This document shows positions 51,916 to 64,000 of a stretch of DNA of 64,000 nt, piece after piece. The DNA is from Azolla caroliniana (lineage: Eukaryota > Plantae > Polypodiophyta). The notes under the pieces were generated by a model. That model saw only the letters and a list, made by a program, of their open reading frames with translations. It was not told where the DNA came from and did not search any database. The stretch spans positions 29,760,001-29,824,000 of the forward strand of contig JBHGNT010000001.1 in the NCBI GenBank assembly GCA_043228905.1. The letters are read 5' to 3'. The translations under genes and the position numbers were made by a program. How positions within the stretch are numbered: position 1 is the first letter of the stretch; each line of letters starts with the position of its first letter.

Positions 51916-53591
51916 GAAATATGACGTTTGGAGAGTGGTGGCAAACTTGTGTAACTGGCATATCTTCATTTGAATGATATGCATGTAAGTTATTGTAGAT
52001 GGAACATTTTGTGAAGATCACAGCAGGCGATTTATGTAGGAGTATTGGTGAGGAAGGTGTGCTCGACTTCAGTTTTAATTTTGAGACTGATGCACTTGTC
52101 AGGATTCCATATGGGATGAGGTTGATAAAACATTAAAGGATCCAGAAATTTTGAAGTTAAAACCTACATTCTTTGAAGAGGTTATGGATGATCTTAATCA
52201 TACATTCTTTGAAGAGCTTATCAGTTATACATAGATTTATCATAAATGTTAATATTCTGGCATAACACATCATCCAATATTGCCTGCTGTGCTTGTGAAA
52301 TGACACATCATCCAATATCTTTGATGTCACTGAATTGGAACGGGTTTACTGCAATCAGAAGAAATGACGAAACTGCATGTGTTATTTTCTCAAAAAGTTA
52401 CATCTTCACAATCACATAATAGATTTGATATTTTGATGCTGAGAACAGTGCATAGTTTAAGATTGTCAGAACTTTAATCTCAGTTAAACATGATTGCTTT
52501 GGCTGTAATGTTTGTTAGCATATGTGTGGGGAGTGTTAGATAAAATCAAATGGCCACCTGACTCTCAGGAGTCCTAACTAATGTTGTTTTGAATATTAGA
52601 TTATGGTTAAATTTGCCTTGTAACCTTTGTCTAGAAGCAGGTATTTGAATATTTAAATCTGGCGATCAATACTTCTTTTGAAATTTTTGATATGTTTGAT
52701 GGTAACCCATCCAGATAATATAGCCAAAAACTCTTAAGCAAATATTGCAATTTTGGTTGGTATTGAAATAAAAAGCAATACTAAATAAGGGTCGGTAGGA
52801 CTTTTTAGGATAGCATGTGATGTATGTGAGGGTGAATTAGTATAATCAGTTTTGAATCACTGAAATCACGAGACAAGATTTACAAGATGCTATTTCACAT
52901 TGCCCAGATACATACTAGACATGAAAAAGCCTTATGGAGTGAATTGTTAATGAAATTAGTACGTTTCTAGCATAGTATGTTATAAAATAGCTAAAAGATG
53001 CTATTTAATCTTAAAAAGTTCATTAACAAAATGAGAGATTTATGATGGTCTATACGATGGTTCCTGGCCTACGGAGATAGCAAGTTCTTAAAGCAATAAT
53101 ATCTGTGTGACAAATTTGGACATACAGATTTCATGAGAACGATTGATTGATTGACACATTTGAAACTGAAGACTTTTGTGATTATATTGGACACCTGAAG
53201 ATATTTTAACTGGTTGATTTGGCTGCTGTGAAGGTTGTCTTTGCATGCAAATACTTTAAACTCACATCAAAGATGATAATTAACTTCAGACTCTAAAATA
53301 CATTCAGGCAAACGCACCATCTTTTAATTTCAATAGATGACAATCCAAAACATAAAAGCTCAACAAAAATATGTACTTTACGCTAGATATTCAAATTGAT
53401 ATGCAAGAGCTCAAACTTTCTTAACATTCTTAAACAATCTTACAATCTATATGACAATCTTCCGCTTCCCAAACCTGACACCAAAGAAAAGTTCACATCA
53501 CATATATCTATCAAAAGATTGCACATGGCCCCTAGTTTTGCAATTCCAAACTTCATCCTTGAAAAAATCTTGAAGGTTGAATTCAAGTGTT

Positions 53592-53905
53592 TAGGTCTTC
53601 ACCTATCTGTGTACGATTAACTTCCAGTAACACAGTTGTCATAACCTAAATACTCACAACTACACAGCTCACACCAATTTCAAAATTCTTCTAACCTGAA
53701 CTGATCATTCTCAACAATCAATGTTGTATTCAGATATGTGCACGGTTAAGGTCTTCACCTATATGTGTACGATTAACTTCAAGTAACACAGTTGTCATAA
53801 CCTAAATACTCAACTTCACAGCTCAACCAATTTCAAAATTCTTCTTACCTGAACTGATCGTTCTCAACAATCAATGTTTTTACTAATTTCTATTCAGATA
53901 TGTGC
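53592..53905. repeat. Two-copy ~157-bp tandem repeat, intergenic
   Basis: ggtcttcacctat(c/a)tgtgtacgattaacttc(c/a)agtaacacagttgtcataacctaaatactca occurs at ~53594 and ~53750. Confidence 0.9.
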
Positions 53906-54609
53906 GCGAATAATCAGTCCACTCATTGATGCAATCCTAACAGCGCTTAAATTGTTAAATGAGTCTAATATATTGGGTTCTTCAAATATTTGGTTTCACC
54001 AAAAAGTATATAAAACCACCATCTATGGTCAATCGATGTTGGGATAGGGCTTCAAAAGCAAAATCCGTTTGAATTCATTGATGATCAAAAAACATTTTTC
54101 AATCATCGAACACAACCATAATTTGCAGCAAATAACAGTAAGTAATAAATCGTCTGTATGAAACACCATCAGGGAATAAATACAAATCATTTGCATCAAA
54201 TGCAATGAAGTAATACATACAAATCATCTTTCTACAAACATATACCACACCAAAACACAATTTGATACATCTTAAATGCTGAAAAAACAAATGTAGAGTT
54301 TTTAGTGATATCTTTTACTATAGATAGTGGTTTAGAGATTATCTATGACTAATAAAATACTCAAGAAATTCAGTTATGGCCAATTGCTCCAACTATCTAG
54401 ATTGGTATAGAGCTACCCATACCTTCATAAAATACTCATACATGTAGTGTAAGCCCAAAATTCGAATTTCCTTTTATTTTGCTTTCTTTTGGGAATGTGC
54501 TTAGCTTTTTATCGTCTCAACCATAGAAGCCTTTCTTATAAAGATGAAGCATTATTGGGCTGTGGAAAGTGCGGAAAATACTTGAATTTTTCTGTCTGAC
54601 AGGGAGAAG

Positions 54610-57600
54610 CTAACATACCGATCGCAACAAAATGGGCCCAATCCAAGAGCCAAACATGTCACTTAAGGCAATCTGCACTTCTCCTGAGCCATGCTCACAA
54701 CTGATTAAGCTTGCAAGTAGAGGAAAAAATTGCCTCAGGTACTTCTCAAATGATGAATCTGTTAAACCACTAATTGCTTTCAAGGTAGCTATAACTAGGG
54801 GAGCTCGAGCCGCTAATTCTCTTCTCCTTGAAGAACCCAATGGAATTACCCAATTATGCTGCTTTTGTGTAATTTTTGACTGAGCAGAATTTGATGCAGT
54901 ATCCAGATATACCTGTAAGACATCTTTGCACAGTTCTACTAGCCTACTCTCAAAATCTACAATGTCGGAAAGATCCGGTTTATCTAATGGTAAATTCTGT
55001 AGTATGGTTAAGTATGCCAGATAAGACTCGTTTTCTAAGCGAAGGAACGGAGGATCTGGCAATTGAGTTAGCATTTGTAATTTCTGCAACTTCAATCGTA
55101 ATTGAGAATCTCCATTGGCTTTGTGTGAATGCACTGCAATCGCTCGTAATGTATCTAGCAAAAACATGGTATGGTTTGCTTTTAATCTACTCCCATGCAA
55201 ATTGTAAATTTCAATGACAGCCTGCAAGAAAGAATGTTCCAGTCATGACCACAAAAAATAGTCAAACAGCAAGACAATAAACATCAATCATTAGCAAGAT
55301 TACCTGCACAAGTAGTAACTGCACTGCTGTACGAGACTTCATATCAGCAATTGCAACATGTAAAGCTTTCTTAAAGTTCTGAGTTGTCTCTTCTTTTATT
55401 GAATAGTCTATCCCAAATCCATGTCGATGCATTGACTGTGACACTTGAGACTCTGCATTCTGTACAACCTTTAGAATATCAGGTAATGTCTCTATTGCAG
55501 CCTCTTTCAAGACTGTTAAAACCTCCATCCATCTTTCATCCGAAAACAGAGTTCCAGCATTGTTAATCATTCGGACAAAAGCTGCAACACCAATTGCAGC
55601 CAAACTTTGATGTGACCTCTTTATAAAGCCAGTTAGTAGCAGTAAAATTTTCCCGACGAGTGGATTGACAACCTTGTAAAACTTTACAAAGAGATCAACC
55701 ACAAGTTGCAAAGCCAAAGTGCATGTCTCATACAGCCATGCATCTACTTCAACATCATTATCATGATGAACCACACTTTCATCTTCCAGTCTTTGAAGAG
55801 AGGAATGATCCATGGCTCTGCGGACAGAGTCAAAAATTGGGAAAAGGACAGAATCAAAGACACGCTCCCATAGCCCTAGGGAAAATAGATGACCATGAAT
55901 CCGAAGAGTGTCAAACAATATATCTAAAGCACTTTTCCGAATATCAGGTCGTGGATCAAAACTCAATTCTGACAAACCTGCAAGCCATTGTGACCAGCAA
56001 ACTTCACTTCAATATACAAGACAAAAGGTATAAATCATAAACAATTTTAGCTGGCAGTGAAAGGTGTATAAATTAAGTGTTTTCAATCACACTTAAGCCA
56101 TATACAATTGCAACTGAATGACATGCGGTCTATTTCAAGCATACCACCATTATGAGGAGAAGAAGATTCATGGGATACATCTAATTGCTAGCTTCAATAC
56201 ATCTATTTACTATAACTTCTTTACTTAATAGTCTGCAAAGCCATTTATTAAAGTTAATTCCTCTTCCCCATAGACAACCTTTATAATGCCATGCAATCTC
56301 ACAGATAAAAAAAGTTTGAAATCTTTCGTTTGCCTGGATGTCTTCACATTTTACCTTCCAGACTGTTCACTGGCGAAGTATCTTATACCATTGAAGTGGT
56401 ATTTATAGGTCTCTAAGATGATAGTTCTTATTGCATCTATCATTGTGCTTCTTATCTAAATTCTCTTCTAAACACTGATGACTACTCTTCTCAACCACCT
56501 TAAAGACTCTGGTAGGTTTGACCCTCCAGAATTACCTTGTAATGCCAATGATTCCACCTATCCGTTTACTAACTCAAGTAGTTTCTATATCATTTATACC
56601 CAGCCAGTTGATAAAGTTAGATTTATGGTTTCTTGTAGATTATATACAGCCTTTGGAGTTTACTGGTTCATTATACTGAGCATCCTGGTTCAACCTAAGC
56701 TTACATTACATCCAAATTGCTCACTATCATGAGTCTTTAATACCAAATCATAAAACTTTCAACCCTCCCTAACCAATGGTCCCACAGATTCTTTTAGTTG
56801 ATAATACATCCCACTAGTGTCCATGATGATTGATACAAGGCATCATACATTGCAGAAGCCTTTGATCCCATTGAACAACAATTTTCGAAGAGCCAAAACA
56901 CTGACGGATATATTTTTACTCCAAAATGTGTTAGAATAACCAGAACACATTTGCATGATTGAATGCTTTTACATCCATAGCATATTTGAGTAACTGATAG
57001 TTTTTAAGCATTGCAGAAAATATCAGATCCAGAAGTATCAAAACAAACACAAACTATAGGGATGAGGCTGATAGCATAGGCTTGGATGACTTCACAACCT
57101 CATGTCAACTGATAAAATGATGGAATCACTTCTGTAAAACTTATCAAGTAAAAGTGAGGGAAAGAAAAGATATGAAAGTAATTGTAAACTCACCAACAAG
57201 GAGAGGAAACCAAAAATAAAGATGATCATCTTTGTCCGTGAAAGTAGGATCTGATTTAAGAGATTTGTCTTTCTCCTTATTTCTTTCAGCAGAACCAAGC
57301 TCGCCTTCAGCTAATTTTAAGGCACAAAATCTCAAGAATGCAATTGCATTCAAACTCACATCCTGATTGAATCTGCTGTTTGTAAACGCAATGAGACAAT
57401 TTACACAATCTGTAAAGGTGGTGGTTTCTGTCTCAGTTATATAGGGAAAATACTCCCGAACTACTTTTTCAATTGTCTCAAAGGCCAGTAATACAATACT
57501 TTTATGGTCATCTGTTGCTGCTGTGGTAAAAACCTGGAAAAGAGCATCTGGCAGTTGATTAGCTGACTGTCTAAATTTAGATCCATGCACAGCTGGATAG

Positions 57601-60600
57601 TAAAAAGCAAGAAAAGATGATGAAAGGAAAAGGTATCCAAAATACCTATGAGAAAATTACCATGAACATAATTTTCCAGCCCGATTTGACATTGTTTACT
57701 CTAGATAAAACCATCTGAGAGACACAACGAATGATTAGCTCTCTGATTTCAACAGCTCTGCTTTTGCGCATGACAATCACAAACGGCTTCATAAATTCAT
57801 TCTGGAAATTATAGTTTGCAAGTTCTTCACGTTCCAAAAATTTCATTGCTAGCTGCCTCAAAGAATCCATTGCAAATATGGCAATGGAAAGATTTTCAGC
57901 ACAACCAACATTAATGAAAAAGTCTGAAAGCACATTCCATATTCGTGACCAGACCAATCTGATCCGTTCCATATTAAAGTGCCTGCCGAGATGAAAGCAT
58001 GAAATGTTTCAGATGTCCTACCAATCATTCCATCAAATAGAAATGCAAAAGTAAGTTAAAAAAAAATGGCAAAGTGAGACTCTTTACGCAATCTCCACAA
58101 TCTTTGTAAGGCTAAAGACTCGGGGATCAGCTGGTGATTTTAACTCCTCCATAGACACTTTGCATAATGCCTTCACAAAATCAACAATGGCTTCACTATT
58201 TAAATTTACACTTCGTGTAAATATACGATTCATCTCTATTTGTTCAAGCATGTTGAGGTTGGAAACAAGGTTATTCATCTGTTCTGTGGTGACAACACCT
58301 GATGCCTGGCCACCAACACCAGCACTGTCGTATGAACCCCTTCGAGCAGGACCAGCATGATGTGCGCGACTAGCTCCTTTTTTCCAAAGTACAGGAAGTA
58401 CAGATGATTTCACTCCATGTTTTGATTTTTCCACTTCATGTTGTGGTGCTGCAAAGAATGTCGCATCAGGAGGGGCACCTTCACCTAATAGATGAAGGTG
58501 TTCAAAACGTGACACACAAGTCAAAATATGTTCCCATGCTTCTTGCAAGTAGTTTCCATCCTCATCTGCAATCGTAATGATAGCCTGGAAATAAATCAAT
58601 CCAAAACAAAATGAACTTATCACATCAATCCAGATTCCACCAACACTCATTCAGTCATGAAGGTCTTCACTCATTTGGAATGCCACTATCTACATTCATC
58701 ATATTGATGCCCAATTCCATGTCTTAGTTGCATGTCATTAGAATGATGATGCTCTAGCAAGAACGTGTAATTGCTCTAGCAAACAGAATCATTTCAGGAC
58801 ATCGCATACATAAACAACATTGGATTGGCATTGTAACAATTAATCATTTATGGATAGCTTTTCTGTGTATAGTGTACTACAAAACTCAATCTATCCCCTG
58901 CTGTGTCCAATTTTTATATTTTTCATACCCAAACTCCAAATGGTTTCATGCATCATAAGATGCAGATAAGATCTGCCATAGAGAGAGAATCTAACAAGTA
59001 TGGGACAAGGAACACTATACCTTGGGAATACAAGCTACGACCCCTCGCGGTGATAGCTGGTATAAAAATTGGAATAGAGTACAATTCTTGTGAGCAATAA
59101 GAGCTCTTAATAAACTCAAACAACAGTCCAAGAATCACTTTCTCATTCTCTCACAGCTCATAATCCGTCCATAATACATAGAAGTTCTCAAGGCGCTACA
59201 ATTTAATAGGGATAGAAAAGTCTATCCATTTACACCTAATTGTTTTGGAAGATGTTGAATACAGTATGTGCTTCATTTATCAAAATATTGCTCCAGTTGT
59301 AAATTTAAATTTCTGTGGATCCACTAATAAAATAAACAAATACCACACTAACATACGCACCTTTATAGCATCAATATTCTTCTGTTTTATATCTGCGGCA
59401 GAATGTAGAGATGTGAACTTAGCTAGTGAAGTTAAAAATGCATCACGCTGTGTTTGCATGCACATCACGGCCATGATGTGCACCGCAGCACGAAACCCAT
59501 CAAGACACTGAGAGATCACAACTTCATCTTCACTTTGGTCCAAAGGTACACTGAAGGCAGCAAGCATGGGCGCCCAGGAAACCTCCACCATAGGCCTTAA
59601 GATCTCAACATCAGTTGCAGCATAATATATACTTCTGCAAATTCAAGAGAAACCCATTAGAGAGGGTGCTAATTAGTTATCATTATCTAAATATGATGCC
59701 AAAAAATGAATTATTGTGCAAATTTTACTCACTCTGATTTTCCAGCCTTTGCTTTAAACTGTTCTTGCATATGGCGTATAACATCATCACTTGTTTCTAA
59801 TAACTTCTCATCGCCTCGTTTCCGAATAACAATGTTAAGTATAGCATCCAGATTTAAGATTCTATTTGTATTTGTTGGTTGTTTGTTTTGAGGAACAATT
59901 GAATCATCTTTAATCTTTATTTCATTCTTCAGTATGCGATCATAGAGCGATCCCAAGAAATCCTCAGGCAGATCCTTACCATCATCAATACCTCTGTTAT
60001 TACGAAAAAACTCTGCCTTGGACATCTGCAATTCATGTGAAAAAACTTTAACTATAAACGAATGATTGCCTATAGAATCTATATACAAATATTGGAACAA
60101 ACACATGCATGAGCATCTTATGTACATTCATACAAACATCTTTTTAACTATTGGTTAACTCTCTTCATAGCCAGTTTATAGTTTACCTGACCTATTATAT
60201 ATAGATACACATAAGCAGCTAAATTCGAATTATTCTTTGATATCACCCTTAAATTTGATGCTCTGGTTCTATTATTATTCTAATATGAGCTACATCAAGA
60301 AACATTTTCAAAGTTCACATTACTGTTGAGAAACTGTGACCTAATCAAAAAGCAATCCATGTTCAAGTTCTACTTTGAGAATGAGACACATCCATGCATT
60401 GCTCTAACCAAATATGGCCTCCCAAATTCCAAGGACGTTCATACTTACGAAGAAAGACCGTTACTAACCTTATTTTTTACCATTGGATTGTGTGCATCAG
60501 TATTTAGTAAGACCACAGAATAAGCAAGCACATAGGCTGTATCGGCACTAGTGAATGCTTTGGGGTTGCATTTACAGTATCTTTCAGCAAATTTTTCCAT

Positions 60601-63600
60601 TATTCTATCAATTTTCTGAGCTTCACCAGGTAACCTAAATCCAAAGAGTAATGCCCTCAGAGCTTCATCAAACTCCAACCCCTGGAAATTAAATGAATCT
60701 ACATAAGAGTGCATCACTCTTAGAGAGAACTCTTCATTTTCCCCTAGATAATCACCAATCATCGTCTTGTTTAAGCCTGTTGCATTTTTCAAGAATATTG
60801 CTATTTCATCTGGTGACTCTCCAACCTTCTTGGCCTTTACCAGAAAATCAATGCCTTTACGCGGTTTTCTGTTAAATAGTGAGATACCTTCCTGCACAAC
60901 AGTAAACATTTAGTTATAAATACAATTCTTTAGAAGAGAAAAGTTTGACAACAACATTCTACCCTCAAACTAATGTGTCAAAATATCAAAACTAGCTTTC
61001 AGAACCTACTTGAGATTCTCATCTGGTGTCAGTTAAAGTATAAGAAGCATAACGCTTGACAACACTCTAGATTCAAACTCAAAAGTCGATATCAAAACTA
61101 GATAGCCTTCAGAAACTATTTGAAGTTCTAATTCATAAACAAGCAAAACATAAGGAAAAAGATGCTTGACAAACATTCAGAATTCAAACTTGAAATACAT
61201 TTTTGAACTAGATGCCCTTCAGAACCCACTTGAACTTCTAGTTTGTAAGCATGACGTTGCCCAAAACATAAGGAAAAAAATGCTTAACGAAACCCATCAA
61301 ACTAGAATGTGAACATGAAAGTTCTACTTGTCATTCTAATTTATACACATGGCATTGCTCAAAACATTATACAAAAAATGTTTAACAACATTCCACAATC
61401 AACTTGAAATTGGGAATCAAACTAGAATTTGGAAGCATGTATTGCTAAAAACATAACAGAAACTATGCTTGACAATCACACTCTACACTTGATATCAACT
61501 ATCCTTCAGAACTTACTTGAAGTTCTAATTTATAGGCACGGCGTTGCTCAAATGTTGCGGCTTCTGATGTTTCGCCAACAGGTTCAACGCGAGCCTCTGA
61601 CCCCTCATGAGTTTCTTCTACCCCTTCTGCTGAACTTTCATTACCTTCTTCAAATTCATGGATCTTATGTAGGTTTGCATCTGAGATGAGAAGTTGTTTG
61701 TTCATCCAGTCACCCATTGATCTTAAGACACCTACAAGACACTTCATGGCAGAAAGCTGCAAAGTTGCATCTTGTACAGGAGTAATAGTTGTCGTTGCTC
61801 CAGGTGGAATGCCTTGCGCTGTCTTCAACAATCCATTCACCATCCTGCCATATAGAGAGTTGACAAGGAAATGACAAATTTTAAGTTCCTGATCAATTAG
61901 TATATTTCGCTTAATCAAACCTTGAGTTACAATACCAACCTCTCAAAAATGTTGGATGCATCTACATCGCAGTCATAATTAACAAATATATCTACAATGA
62001 TCTGAGAATCTAGACAAAGTTTCTCCAGAAACTTCAAAACCACTGTTTTCTGCTGAACATTAGCCTGAGCAACGTTTTCCAACACTCTGAGAACAATCAT
62101 CGGAAAAAATACACCAATCTCAGCTTTTAAACCATGTCTGAACCTTGATACTAGACTCATGAAAATTGAGCACGACAACTGGAAAATGTTCAATGTGGCC
62201 GAGGCACTGTTCTTCAACAAGGATAAGCAAAGGTATTGCTTGATTGCCACCAAAAACCTGCATAAAAGAGAATGATTGAATCATAATTTAGCTGATCTTC
62301 ACATTCTTTATACTCCTTAGAATAAGTAGCCACGCTCAATCGAAAATTCACTAACTTGTCACTTTTGCGAAAAACCTCGCCAGCATTTTCTAGCAAAATC
62401 TTCAGCAATTCTAGAGAGAGAATTTTCCCCCGCATTGATAATGGATCTCCTCCTTCTTGGGATGAAGACTTCATGGAGAGTTTACAAAGTGCCCTGAAGA
62501 CCAAAAATGCATCCCTTCGAAGCTTATTACTAATTTGTACCTCACTATCACCATCAACCTTATCGATATCTACTTCCGAAAGTTCTCCTTTTCTTTCTTC
62601 CAGAGCGCTCTTGTACATGCTTATCTCCCAATACTTAGCAGATAGCATGTCTTTATCTGAGGATTCCAAGTAGTTCGTTGGATCAACGCCTTCTACTGCT
62701 TCAGACTCAAAAGCTCCATCATGTCCCATGGATTTCAAAGCAGGAGATGGATTTAGAACCACTTCGATATCTTGCACTACTTTCGTGATGAAGCTCTGTA
62801 CAAACTGAGTGATATTGGTATCCGACACTGTGCCTTTTTCTGATGTCTCCATTAAACCTGTGACTAATATAGGCTGAACAGGAACAGTAGAAGAATCAGC
62901 TTCCATTCTTCTGAATACTATCACCAGCATCTGTATGAGAGAAGCTTTTGCAGTCGTCTGATTAACCACAACCTTGCTTCCAAGATAGATGTTATAGCAG
63001 GTTCGCACAGCTTTAAGAAGTGTTTCTCCATGAATTCTCAAGGTGACAGATGTAACAGCAGTAAGAAGTGTTCTAATGACTAGTAATTCAATGGCATCGT
63101 CTGCAAGATCATGGCATTTACATACAGCTTCCATAAGTTTGACCACAATTGCACCATTCTCCACGATGGTAGGTGTGGTTGAATCTACTTCACCTCTCAA
63201 GAATCCATGAGAAATAAGCTTCTGAACAGCGTCAAGTGAAGCTTCACTTACCTTCACGTTTCCACTCTCGCAAGAGGAGATCAAAGGCTGCAGAACGCAG
63301 GCAGCATCGTCTGGAGAGAGGTAGCGAGATCCATCAAAAATGCAGCTTGACTCCGGTGCTTTAAGCGCATTGGATTCCGATCCCGATCCGTTTCCGATCC
63401 CGCTTCCAGCAACTGCCGTCTCTGTGGGGGGGGCTAGCGAGAGCTGCGGGGGTGTGGAGAGGCGTTCGATCACGGATTTGCATTCCTGGACGAGCTTCGA
63501 GTGCTTCCTCCATGTGGCGTTTCTTGTCACTTTCTCGAGTGCTGGATTCAGGACAAGTGCGAGGGGAGAAACGGACGAAACGGGGGCCGACGTGGGAGCG

Positions 63601-63716
63601 GGAGGATCCGGTACAGGCGCAGAAAATGAAGAAGGAACGGGGGAAGGGGAAGGGGAAGGAGGAACAGAGGGAGGAGGAGGAGGAGGAGGAGGAGCTTCTT
63701 CTTCTGCTTCTGCCAT
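54610..63716 (-). CDS. BIG: Brefeldin A-inhibited guanine nucleotide-exchange protein (BIG-type Sec7 ARF-GEF), about 11 exons
   Basis: DCB/HUS regions (LRRDAFLVFRALCKLSMK; FVNYDCDV), Sec7 motif FRLPGEAQKIDRIMEKFAERY, and HDS regions (FAMDSLRQLAMKFLEREELANYNFQNEFMKPF). ATG at 63716 (MAEAEEEAPPP); stop at 54610. Confidence 0.96.
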
Positions 63717-64000
63717 GGCTGGCTGCGTCGGAGTTCTTCTGTCACATATGAGAAATTGTTGAGAGAGAGAGAGAGAGAGAGAGACTCTGAGAGATTTGGT
63801 TTTAAGATTTTTTAAAAACAAAAATATAAAAAGGGGGAGGGGTATTTTGGGAACATAATGTATGTATGTATGTATGTATGTATGTATGTATCATGTATGT
63901 ACAAAGAGTTTTGTGAGCGCTTTTTATTTTCTGTTTTTTCGGTTCATCGTAGTTTTTCCCTTGCCTTTCAGTTTTTTAAGTGCCCATCCATCCATGGACA

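Noticed and set aside
54632-63762. Plus-strand ORFs overlapping BIG exons
   Set aside because: Antisense shadows of a conserved coding sequence.

Overview
AT-rich, intron-rich eukaryotic DNA from a land plant; a fern-like, non-angiosperm origin is my impression only. Host genes read by hand across splice sites: a frameshifted cupin remnant, a tetraspanin pseudogene, an RRM-less CstF64-like gene (ESP1-type), a remorin, proteasome assembly chaperone 2 (PAC2), an uncharacterised membrane protein, a Bet1/SFT1-like Qc-SNARE that the ORF track misses, PDIL5-1 and a BIG-type Sec7 ARF-GEF. A 5'-truncated LINE with a target-site duplication (TSD) lies at 21934-24607. The main feature is a 7.5-kb Mutator-like element (MULE, 12821-20365) with terminal inverted repeats (TIRs) and a 10-bp TSD. 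It carries a DDE/SWIM transposase preceded by an integrase-type H2C2 zinc-finger ORF, an apparently intact six-exon gene fusing a C2H2-like zinc finger to a Ulp1/C48 protease, several tandem arrays and a reiterated GGTCACCCAAC motif. The element sits inside one copy of a ~2.1-kb duplication. That duplication gives two unrelated genes (ESP1-like and PAC2) the same promoter, first non-coding exon and first intron, and its second copy preserves the empty insertion site. All coordinates and splice models were derived by eye and may be off by a few bases.
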